DNA of 38,740 bases from Gammaproteobacteria bacterium (GCA_049665685.1 JBATGJ010000151.1:1-38740); one strand, 5' to 3'. Positions 9,736-16,895 are shown, counted from the first letter of the stretch. Notes: a model not told the origin generated them from the sequence alone. Program-made: numbers and translations.

Positions 9736-9788
9736 ACCTGTAGCCTACAGCTGCGCATCGCTTGTTGTAATGCGGGCATGTTGCGGTC

Positions 9789-11651
9789 ATGCAACCAACC
9801 AAAGCAAGGACCATGAACGAACAACCCGACCAACCACAGGGCCTGCATGAAAAAGAGGCCATCATAAGGCGCGCCTTCTATCGCTCGCTCGGCATGCTTG
9901 CCATCTTTGCGGTCATTGTCGCCACGGCAATGCTATGGCTGCAGCACGAGGATGACGTACCTGTACAGCTAAACGAAGCCACGCTCACGGGACCGGTCGT
10001 CGATGACGCCACCGACGAACCGCAACCACCCGTGGTTGGCTATACCGATATCACGCAGCAAGCCGGCATCACCTTCACTCACACCAACGGTGCCTACGGC
10101 GAGAAGCTGATACCCGAGGCCATCGGCAGCGGCCTTGCCTTTATCGATTATGACAACGACGGTGACCAGGACCTGCTACTGGTCAACTCGAACTGGTTCC
10201 CCGGACAGGCGCAGGCTGACACACCCACACAGGCGCTCTACCGAAACGATGGCCGCGGCCACTTTACCGATGTGTCGCAGGCAACCGGTCTTGCCTTTAC
10301 CTGTTATGGCATGGGTGTCGCCGTCGGTGATTATGACAACGATGGCTGGACGGACATCTATATCACCGCACTGGGTCGCAACCACCTGCTCAGGAACCGG
10401 CAGGGCAGCTTCGTGGATGTCACCGAGAGCAGCAATACGGGGGGCACCACGGACGACTGGAGCACCACCACGGCCTTCATCGACATCGACAACGATGGTG
10501 ACCTGGACCTGTTTGTCGGCAACTACGTGGTCTGGTCACGCGAGATCGACCTGGAGATCGATTTCCAGTTGACCGGTCTCGGGCGGGCCATCGGTGCACC
10601 CAACCACTTTTTCGGCACCACCAACCGACTGTATCGCAATGACGGCGAGGGCACATTCACGGATATTTCCGATGCCTCGGGCATCGTGATCGACCCGCAG
10701 CTCGGCACGACCTCCGGCAAGGCGCTGGCGGTCGCACCGGTGGACTATGACAGCGATGGCCTGGTCGATCTGTTTGTCGCCAACGACACCACGCGTAATT
10801 ACCTCTACCACAACCTTGGCAACGGCCGCTTCGAGGAAATTGGCGTACTGGAGGGCATCGCCTACGACCGCAACGGCAAATCGACCGGTGCCATGGGTAT
10901 CGACGCGGCCTTCTTCCGCAATGATGCCGATCTCGGCGTCGCCATCGGCAACTTCGCCAACGAGATGAGTTCCCTGTTCGTCACGGCCGATGGACAGGCG
11001 CCGTTTCTCGATGAAGCCATCCTGGAGGGCATCGGGCCCACCTCGCGCCTGGCGCTGACGTTCGGCCTGTTTTTCTTCGATTATGACCTGGATGGACGCC
11101 TCGACCTGTTCCAGGCCAACGGTCACCTGGATGCCGATATCAATATCGTGCAACCCAGCCAGACCTATGCGCAACCCGGCCAGCTGTTCTGGAATTGCGG
11201 TGATGACTGCCGCACGCGTTACCTGCATGTCACTGACGCCGGTGATATCGGCAAACCCATGGTCGGGCGCGGTGCCGCCTACGCGGATATCGACAGTGAC
11301 GGTGATCTCGATATCGCCGTGCTGCAGAGCGGCCGCGCCGCCGTGCTGCTGCGCAATGACCAGCAACTGGGTCACCACTGGTTGCGTGTGCACCTGGAAG
11401 GCGTCAGTGCAAACCGCAGTGCCATCGGTGCGATTGTGGAACTGACTGCGGGCGGGCAGACCCAGCGCCGCCCGGTCATGCCGACGCGCAGTTACCTGTC
11501 GCAGGTCGAACTGCCGGTGACCTTCGGGCTTGGCCCGCACACAACGGTCGACGCACTCGACATCTTGTGGCCGGACGGACAGCGTCAGAGCGTTCCGGTC
11601 GAACAGGTCGATACCCTGCTGACCATCCGTCAGGCGGCAGGGAGCTCCTAG
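9789..11651 (+). CDS. CRTAC1-family protein (FG-GAP/VCBS repeats + ASPIC/UnbV C-terminal domain), N-terminally membrane anchored
   Basis: 620 aa with repeated Ca-binding-like loops: DYDNDGDQDLLLVN, DYDNDGWTDIYIT, DIDNDGDLDLFVGN, DYDSDGLVDLFVAN, DIDSDGDLDIAVL. The C-terminus (AIGAIVELTAGGQTQRRPV...SYLSQVELPVTFGLG) is typical of UnbV_ASPIC. An alternative start is Met at 9813. Confidence 0.85.
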   Translation: MQPTKARTMNEQPDQPQGLHEKEAIIRRAFYRSLGMLAIFAVIVATAMLWLQHEDDVPVQLNEATLTGPVVDDATDEPQPPVVGYTDITQQAGITFTHTNGAYGEKLIPEAIGSGLAFIDYDNDGDQDLLLVNSNWFPGQAQADTPTQALYRNDGRGHFTDVSQATGLAFTCYGMGVAVGDYDNDGWTDIYITALGRNHLLRNRQGSFVDVTESSNTGGTTDDWSTTTAFIDIDNDGDLDLFVGNYVVWSREIDLEIDFQLTGLGRAIGAPNHFFGTTNRLYRNDGEGTFTDISDASGIVIDPQLGTTSGKALAVAPVDYDSDGLVDLFVANDTTRNYLYHNLGNGRFEEIGVLEGIAYDRNGKSTGAMGIDAAFFRNDADLGVAIGNFANEMSSLFVTADGQAPFLDEAILEGIGPTSRLALTFGLFFFDYDLDGRLDLFQANGHLDADINIVQPSQTYAQPGQLFWNCGDDCRTRYLHVTDAGDIGKPMVGRGAAYADIDSDGDLDIAVLQSGRAAVLLRNDQQLGHHWLRVHLEGVSANRSAIGAIVELTAGGQTQRRPVMPTRSYLSQVELPVTFGLGPHTTVDALDILWPDGQRQSVPVEQVDTLLTIRQAAGSS

Positions 11652-11655
11652 GCTG

Positions 11656-13326
11656 ATGGCGCTCCGAACGGTCACCGCGGCGCTGGCTGGGTTGCTGCTG
11701 TTTTTCGGCGGCGCGTTGACGGCACTGGCTGATTCCCTGTCAACGTTACCGGCCACGCTGGCCGACCGGCTGGTGCCGGTAGCGGAGATCAGTCTCGATA
11801 ACCTCGACGCGGATAGCCGGCAACAGCTGACCGCGGCACGTGCACGGCTTGCGCACATGATCGAAGAGGAACGGCCGGACGACGAACTCGCCGAGGGCTG
11901 GGGCGAACTCGGCGCACTCTACCAGGCACATCTTGTGAAGCAGCTTGCCGGGCACTGCTATGCCAATGCCCGGCAACTGGCACCCGAACACTTCCGCTGG
12001 ATCTATTATTCCGCGTATCTTGCCGACGACACGGGCGACCTCGCAACGGCGGTCAAAGATTACCTGGCGGCGCGCGAGCTGCGACCGGACTATCTGGCTG
12101 TCACGGCACGGCTGGCCGACGCCTGGCTTGACCTGAATGAACTCGACCAGGCGAAACAGGCCTACCAGCAGATCATTGAGGCGCAGGGCCTCGAGGCCGC
12201 GGCACACTACGGCCTTGGCCAGATTGCCCTGCTGCAGCGTGATTATGAGGTCGCGATTGAACATTTCCGGCGGGCCCTGGAGATTCAGCCGGAGGCGAAC
12301 CGCGTGCATTACTCGCTGGCACGTGCGTTGCGCGCCGTTGGCAGGAATGAGGACGCCAAACAGCACCTTGCACTGCGGGGTGATGTGTTACCCGTCATCA
12401 TGGACCCGCAGATCGAGAGCCTCAAGGCGCTGCGGCAGGGCGCTCATATCCATTTCCTGAACGGCATGAGGGCCATTCACAAACAGGACTACGCGGCCGC
12501 GCGCGATGCCTTTGCGCGCGGACTCGAGCGGGAGCCCGATAATATCAACGCGCGTATCACTTATGCCCGCACGCTGTATCTCACCGATGCACACGCACAA
12601 GCCGGGCAGCTACTCGAGGCCGTGGTCAAGACAGACCCGACCAATGCGCTGGCCTGGTACCTGCTGGGTAGCCTGGCCGATGAGACGGGGGATACAGATA
12701 CGGCGATCCGTCACTATACGACGGCACTCAGACATGAGCCCGACCATGGCGGCGCCCTGTTCAATCTTGCCAACAGCCATTACCGTCAGGGGCACCCTGA
12801 CAGGGCGGTGAAATACTATGCCGACTGCGTGCGGGTGGCGCCGGAGAATACCGCTGCCTGGCTGCCCTATGTCGGTGCGCTCATGCAGGCCGGACGGGAC
12901 CGGACCGACATACTGGCTGTGATTGAAACGGCCAAGCGGCGCTTCCCGGAACAACCGCTGCTTGACTACGTACTGATCCAGCTGTTGGCGTGCAGCGGGG
13001 AGCGTGGCTGTGATGCAGCCCGGGCAGTTACCCAGGCCCGCGCCCTGCATGACCGTCAGCCAATTCCGCCGCACCGGGAACTGCTGGCATTGGCACAGGC
13101 CGCTGCCGGTGATTTTGATGCTGCCGCCGAGGTGCAGGCAGACCTCGTGTCCGAGGCCATGCTGATGATGCCGATCGGGGTTAGCCGGCTTGACGATATG
13201 TTAACTGGTTATCAGGCGAAGCAATTGCCACAGCCGGCACAACTGTTCACCTGGTCGTTGCTGCAGGCCCCGGCATTCGACGGTGTTATGGCATTTCGCG
13301 ATTACCTGACACCGCGGCCCTACTGA
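11656..13326 (+). CDS. Secreted tetratricopeptide-repeat protein
   Basis: 556 aa. Signal peptide MALRTVTAALAGLLLFFGGALTALA, then many TPR-like units (AHYGLGQIALLQRDYEVAIEHFRRALEIQP and others). Starts 4 nt after the CRTAC1 stop. Confidence 0.8.
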   Translation: MALRTVTAALAGLLLFFGGALTALADSLSTLPATLADRLVPVAEISLDNLDADSRQQLTAARARLAHMIEEERPDDELAEGWGELGALYQAHLVKQLAGHCYANARQLAPEHFRWIYYSAYLADDTGDLATAVKDYLAARELRPDYLAVTARLADAWLDLNELDQAKQAYQQIIEAQGLEAAAHYGLGQIALLQRDYEVAIEHFRRALEIQPEANRVHYSLARALRAVGRNEDAKQHLALRGDVLPVIMDPQIESLKALRQGAHIHFLNGMRAIHKQDYAAARDAFARGLEREPDNINARITYARTLYLTDAHAQAGQLLEAVVKTDPTNALAWYLLGSLADETGDTDTAIRHYTTALRHEPDHGGALFNLANSHYRQGHPDRAVKYYADCVRVAPENTAAWLPYVGALMQAGRDRTDILAVIETAKRRFPEQPLLDYVLIQLLACSGERGCDAARAVTQARALHDRQPIPPHRELLALAQAAAGDFDAAAEVQADLVSEAMLMMPIGVSRLDDMLTGYQAKQLPQPAQLFTWSLLQAPAFDGVMAFRDYLTPRPY

Positions 13327-13422
13327 AGACAGCCACACATAGACACAGAAATAATATCCGCAGGTGCACACCGCGCGCGTGAATAATCATTGTGCGGCGC
13401 CATAAAGGCACGAATACTCAAT

Positions 13423-13457
13423 AAAAAAGGGCGCGTCCATCACGGATGCGCCCTTTG
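13423..13457. terminator. Bidirectional Rho-independent terminator between convergent genes
   Basis: Stem AAAGGGCGC (13426-13434) pairs with GCGCCCTTT (13448-13456). It is flanked by an A-run on the + strand, which is a T-run (TTTTTTATTGAG) on the - strand. Sits right after the stop of the repeat-protein gene (-) and about 100 nt after the TPR gene (+). Confidence 0.7.
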
Positions 13458-13480
13458 TGGCCGAATTCTGGCCGAACGGC

Positions 13481-13795
13481 TTACTTGGCCGTTGTGGTCG
13501 CCGGTGTCGCCGGTGCAGCTGGCGCATAGCCATAACCGGGATAACCACCCCAGCCACCATAACCGGGATAACCACCCCAGCCATAACCGGGATAACCACC
13601 CCAGCGACCATAACCGGGATAACCACCCCAGCCACCATAACCGGGATAACCACCCCAGCCATAACCTGGATAACCATAGCCGTAGGGGCCGCCCCAGTAG
13701 TCGTTACCACCCCACCAGGCACTGGCGGAACCGGCCGATAGTGCAAGTGCACCGGCAACCAGGGTATTAGTTAGGAATTTGCTAAGACTCTTCAT
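13481..13795 (-). CDS. Secreted Gly/Tyr/Trp/Pro-rich repeat protein; candidate sulfur-globule-envelope-like structural protein
   Basis: 104 aa. Signal peptide MKSLSKFLTNTLVAGALALSAGSASA, then WWGGNDYWGGPYGYGYPGYG and five (G/R)WGGYPGYG units, ending in an Ala/Pro/Thr tail. An AT-rich leader lies upstream and a strong terminator downstream. The composition recalls Sgp proteins of purple sulfur bacteria, from memory only. Confidence 0.7.
   Translation of the reverse strand: MKSLSKFLTNTLVAGALALSAGSASAWWGGNDYWGGPYGYGYPGYGWGGYPGYGGWGGYPGYGRWGGYPGYGWGGYPGYGGWGGYPGYGYAPAAPATPATTTAK
13531..13683. repeat. In-frame tandem repeat: five perfect copies of a 24-nt unit plus one degenerate copy
   Basis: The unit cataaccgggataaccaccccagc occurs at 13531-13554, 13558-13581, 13582-13605, 13609-13632 and 13636-13659. 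Spacers are 3, 0, 3 and 3 nt (cac, none, gac, cac). A degenerate sixth copy directly abuts the fifth, from 13660. The unit encodes WGGYPGYG on the minus strand. Confidence 0.95.
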
Positions 13796-13933
13796 AACAT
13801 TAACCTCTCAATTATTTTAATCACACAAAATACTCAACTTTCTCCCGCAAAAAGACTTCACTGAAAGTATATATTCCAAATTTGTCATGATTCATACCCT
13901 TTGCCCGACGACGGGCTGATTTATTAGCATTAT

Positions 13934-13947
13934 TTGATATAGATCAA
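13934..13947. promoter_or_regulatory. Perfect FNR/FixK-type box TTGAT-N4-ATCAA
   Basis: TTGATatagATCAA, extended to tTTGATATAGATCAAa. It lies in the AT-rich intergenic region, about 145 nt upstream of the repeat-protein ATG (13795) and just downstream of the hydrolase stop. Confidence 0.55.
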
Positions 13948-13974
13948 ATTGTGAACTATTGGTAACCCGGAGTG

Positions 13975-15024
13975 CTACCCGCGGCAAACCTCCATCAGTC
14001 GCGGCGCGTCGTGGTCGACCTCGAAACCGGAGGGAGCCGCTGCATCGCGGTCGATGATCCAGGCAGCGATATCGCGCCAGACCACATCTGCCTGTAAATC
14101 CCTTGTCAGCATGTGGAAACCATCCGGGTACAGCAGCATGCGCCAGCCAATAGCTGAAAAATCATTCAGATTTTCCAGCATCCCGCACACGGGTACAGGC
14201 GTAATGATTTCGTCATGCTCGCCGTAGAGCAGCAGGGTAGGCAGGCGCAGCCGCGCGCTGTCCTCATAGGCCGCCTGCATCAGGTTGGTCAGACCGTAAA
14301 TTGCGTCGATACGCGTCTGCTTGATGACCAGCGGATCCCGGCCAAGCTCACGCAGCATTTCGGTATTGTCCGAGGGCCGAATCTCCAGACCCTCACCGGT
14401 CACCGTCCACGCCGGTGCCACATGCGTTACCAGACGCAGTGCCATGGCTTGCCACCAGGGCATGGTCTCCCAGCCCCAGACCGCCGGTGCAGACAAAATG
14501 ACACCCGCTGCACAGGTTTGGTCCAGTTGCGTGGCCGCACCCAGGATGACGGCACCTCCCATGCTTTCGCCAAACAGATAGAGTGGCGTGTCCGGATAAC
14601 GCATGCAGAGCAAAGCAGCGGCGGCCAGCAAGTCGTCCTGCATGCGTGCCTCACCTGCCCACATACCGGTATATGCCGAGCGCCCGAAGCCGCGTTGATC
14701 GATAGCGTAGATTGCAATCGCCTGCTGCATCAAGTAGCTTGCGGTGGTGGCAAAGGCATTGCTGTAGTCATTGAAACCATGCAAGGCCAGTACCAGCGCA
14801 CGGGGATGTTTCGCAGGTAACCAGCGCCGCAGGGGCAAACGGTAGCCGTCCTGCATGACCATGGCATCGTCTCCCAGGGCGGCAGGCACGGCCGGTTGCT
14901 TGGGGCGTAGCTGTAACTGCGGACCACTGCAACCGTGCAGGCACACTAACAGCACCGCCACTACGGTGCTGACCATCAAGACAGATAACAGGGAACCGGT
15001 TTGCCGGAAGAGGAGCACAGACAT
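13975..15024 (-). CDS. Alpha/beta hydrolase (lysophospholipase / monoacylglycerol-lipase-like), probable lipoprotein
   Basis: 349 aa with HGFNDYSNAF (oxyanion region) and the GESMGG nucleophile elbow. The N-terminal hydrophobic segment ends in LHGCSG, a lipobox-like sequence. An alternative start is Met17 at 14976. Confidence 0.8.
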   Translation of the reverse strand: MSVLLFRQTGSLLSVLMVSTVVAVLLVCLHGCSGPQLQLRPKQPAVPAALGDDAMVMQDGYRLPLRRWLPAKHPRALVLALHGFNDYSNAFATTASYLMQQAIAIYAIDQRGFGRSAYTGMWAGEARMQDDLLAAAALLCMRYPDTPLYLFGESMGGAVILGAATQLDQTCAAGVILSAPAVWGWETMPWWQAMALRLVTHVAPAWTVTGEGLEIRPSDNTEMLRELGRDPLVIKQTRIDAIYGLTNLMQAAYEDSARLRLPTLLLYGEHDEIITPVPVCGMLENLNDFSAIGWRMLLYPDGFHMLTRDLQADVVWRDIAAWIIDRDAAAPSGFEVDHDAPRLMEVCRG

Positions 15025-15310
15025 GTCAAATGAAGGCTATCACGAACCCATTGGCGAGCTCACGCACGCCACCCGGGATATGCATCGCGCCATTGTCTCA
15101 CTGATGGAAGAACTGGAAGCCATCGACTGGTACAACCAGCGCGTAGATGCCTGTAAGGATGCCGAACTGAAGGCCATCCTTGCACACAACCGGGACGAGG
15201 AAAAGGAGCATGCCGCCATGGTGCTGGAGTGGATCCGGCGCCAGGACCCGACCTTTGACAAGGAGCTTAAGGATTACCTGTTTACCGACCAGCCAATAGC
15301 GCACGGTTAG
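15023..15310 (+). CDS. EncFtn-like (encapsulated-ferritin family) mini-ferritin, lacking a recognisable encapsulin-targeting tail
   Basis: The ORF track gives 14855..15310. I start it at the ATG at 15023 (MSNEGYHEPIGELTHATRDMHRAIVSLMEELEAIDWYNQRVDACKDAELKAILAHNRDEEKEHAAMVLEWIRRQDP...). The motifs MEELEAxDWY and NRDEEKEHAAM match the di-iron ligand region of EncFtn as I recall it from Rhodospirillum rubrum. Confidence 0.75.
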   Translation: MSNEGYHEPIGELTHATRDMHRAIVSLMEELEAIDWYNQRVDACKDAELKAILAHNRDEEKEHAAMVLEWIRRQDPTFDKELKDYLFTDQPIAHG

Positions 15311-15360
15311 TGCAATCATAAAATCTTTCGGACGTGCTTTTTTCTGTCTAAAGAACGATT

Positions 15361-15443
15361 GTCGTCCCCGCGCAGGCGGGGATCCAGCCACAGGCAATTG
15401 CACGCTGTTCCGAAATCGATTTCCGCTTTCGCGGGAATGACGA
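15361..15443. repeat. REP/MITE-like element: inverted pair of GC-rich stem-loop units
   Basis: Unit 1 is gtcgTCCCCGCgcagGCGGGGAtccag (15361-15387). Unit 2 is in the opposite orientation, ttccgctttcgcgggaatgac (15421-15441). Both belong to the same family as the units at 35382-35519. Spurious ORFs across them translate to ...RHSRESGN.... Confidence 0.7.
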
Positions 15444-15508
15444 ATGAGAAATCGCGCCTGAAATAAACTCAAATATTTTATTAATAACAGTATCTTATAT
15501 AATATTCT

Positions 15509-16648
15509 TCAGAACCAGATTGAAACATACAGCTGCAGCACGCCGGCCGTGAAGTCGTACAACGGCTCGGTACCCGCGGGCACGCCGGTGACGCGGGCAT
15601 CGCGAAAATCATCGTAGTCGAACCAGATCAGATCATAGGCAAGATTGAGACTGCCGCGGTCGATCGAACGCCAGCCATTCTTGATGAAATCGTAGCTCAC
15701 CTTCACGCCCAGCGTATTGCTGGTGAAGTTGCTGAGCTCCTTGTCACGCGCAAGGAAGTTCTGCGCGTTGAAGAACGGAAACAGGTCGCTGTAGAAGTCT
15801 GCCGCCGTCTGCGTGTAGTGGCGCACGCTGCCTTCCAGCAGCCAGCCGCCGGCCAGCGGATGGGTATAACCGAATTCCAGCGTGTGTGCATCGATGCCCC
15901 AGGTGTCGGCAAAGAAGCGATACTCGCCCGACAGTGCCGCACGCCAGGGCAGGTAGTATTTTGAACGTAAGTTCACGGCACTGCTGGTGCGGGTGCGTGG
16001 ATATTTCTCGGGCTGTGTGGCATACCCGCCACCGGCAGTTGAATAACGCACCACGCGATAGGGATTATTCAGGAAACCTTCATCGGTGATGCCTTCATAA
16101 TTCATTTCCAGAATCATGTCCTTGGTGATCACCTGGGAGACACCAACCCGGTAGTTGTGGCGACGCACATCTTCCGAGAACGTCGGGTTGCCATTCTGAC
16201 TCACCGTGTCCCAACCATGGGCATAGCCCAGCGTAACCGTGGTCATGTTGCCGAACATGTCCATGCTCATGCCGAAGCTTGCCGTATTGGCATCGTAATC
16301 ATTTTCGGAACTGTTGGTGTAGGACAGACTCATGACCGAGTTGCCATGCAGATACTCGAAACCAGCGGAATACTCGGTGCGCTTCTCGGAATAGGGGCTG
16401 GCACCGCTTGTAATCACATCGATCGATGCGCTACTGACAGAGTCGACATAGTAGTTGCCGGTTACCGCAACGTTCTGGCCGAATTTCTTCAGCACCAGCA
16501 GCGAGGGACCGTTGATCTCGACGCCGCCACCCTCATAGGAATGATAGAGCGCATCGGCCCGGTCGTCCGGCAACACAGCAGCCCCGGCTCTCGTGCCACC
16601 CAGTAGCAGGCATAGACCTGCACAGCGGAGGATGTGCGCCAGAGTCAT
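15509..16648 (-). CDS. DUF3570-like outer-membrane beta-barrel protein
   Basis: The ORF track gives 15509..16723. I start it at Met26 (ATG 16648, MTLAHILRCAGLCLLLGG, a signal peptide), 19 nt after the upstream stop. The sequence shows alternating beta-strand patterns and ends in an aromatic C-terminus (...LYVSIWF). Confidence 0.75.
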   Translation of the reverse strand: MTLAHILRCAGLCLLLGGTRAGAAVLPDDRADALYHSYEGGGVEINGPSLLVLKKFGQNVAVTGNYYVDSVSSASIDVITSGASPYSEKRTEYSAGFEYLHGNSVMSLSYTNSSENDYDANTASFGMSMDMFGNMTTVTLGYAHGWDTVSQNGNPTFSEDVRRHNYRVGVSQVITKDMILEMNYEGITDEGFLNNPYRVVRYSTAGGGYATQPEKYPRTRTSSAVNLRSKYYLPWRAALSGEYRFFADTWGIDAHTLEFGYTHPLAGGWLLEGSVRHYTQTAADFYSDLFPFFNAQNFLARDKELSNFTSNTLGVKVSYDFIKNGWRSIDRGSLNLAYDLIWFDYDDFRDARVTGVPAGTEPLYDFTAGVLQLYVSIWF

Positions 16649-16667
16649 ATTCAGCCCGATTGACAGC

Positions 16668-16892
16668 CTAGTTACACCCACACCCACCACCGCTGCCACC
16701 CTCGGCGCCACGCGCGCCCTCACGTGCCTGGTAGACGTGATTGATATAGGCCGATGACACCGGGTCCGGGCTGAAGCTCATGATCGGGTCCGCGAGATGG
16801 GCCCGTTCATAGGGCTTCACCCACGGTTCGATGGGACTGCAACCCGTCAGCAGGGCGATGAATGGAATTATCAGCCAGCACCAGCGCATCAT
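16668..16892 (-). CDS. DUF4266-like small lipoprotein with Gly-rich ...GGGCGCN C-terminus
   Basis: 74 aa. Lipobox is FIALLTGCSP. The C-terminal tail is AEGGSGGGCGCN. It lies between the TlpA gene (3-nt gap) and DUF3570, an arrangement I recall as a conserved neighbourhood. Confidence 0.75.
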   Translation of the reverse strand: MMRWCWLIIPFIALLTGCSPIEPWVKPYERAHLADPIMSFSPDPVSSAYINHVYQAREGARGAEGGSGGGCGCN

Positions 16893-16895
16893 CGT

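Noticed and set aside
10536-11858. A 440-aa ORF on the minus strand. Similar long ORFs are 23054-24664 (-, 536 aa), 8179-9276 (-, 365 aa), 5669-6607 (+, 312 aa), 3771-4664 (+, 297 aa) and 31384-32283 (-, 299 aa).
   Set aside because: All lie antisense to genes with clear family motifs. Their translations are Arg/Gly/Ala/Val-rich with no signal peptides or recognisable motifs, the usual shadow ORFs of high-GC coding DNA.
13531-13683. Possible CRISPR array, because of the regularly spaced identical 24-nt units.
   Set aside because: The repeats are directly adjacent, with 0-3 nt between units, so there are no spacers. There are no cas genes, and the repeats are in-frame coding sequence.
13387-13770. 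Three alternative-frame ORFs over the tandem repeat (…VIPVMVAGVVIPVM…, …HNRDNHPSHHNRDNHPS…, …ITGITTPATITGITTP…).
   Set aside because: Any frame of a perfect in-frame repeat stays open. Only the 13481-13795 minus frame has a signal peptide, a sensible start context and a terminator.
13905-13918. Hairpin GCCCG-acga-CGGGC as the terminator of the hydrolase gene.
   Set aside because: It has only a 5-bp stem, and the T-rich run is on the wrong (+) strand relative to the hydrolase transcript.
15098-15472. A 124-aa ORF (-) and the 231-aa ORF at 34965-35660 (-), both containing …RHSRESGN… or …VIPAQAGIQ….
   Set aside because: They are read-through translations of the REP/MITE-like stem-loop units and overlap real genes. 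These peptides are typical false-positive hypothetical proteins.
15023-15508. An encapsulin nanocompartment operon.
   Set aside because: Only the EncFtn-like cargo gene is present. The downstream 200 nt are non-coding repeat DNA, and the next genes are convergent envelope proteins.
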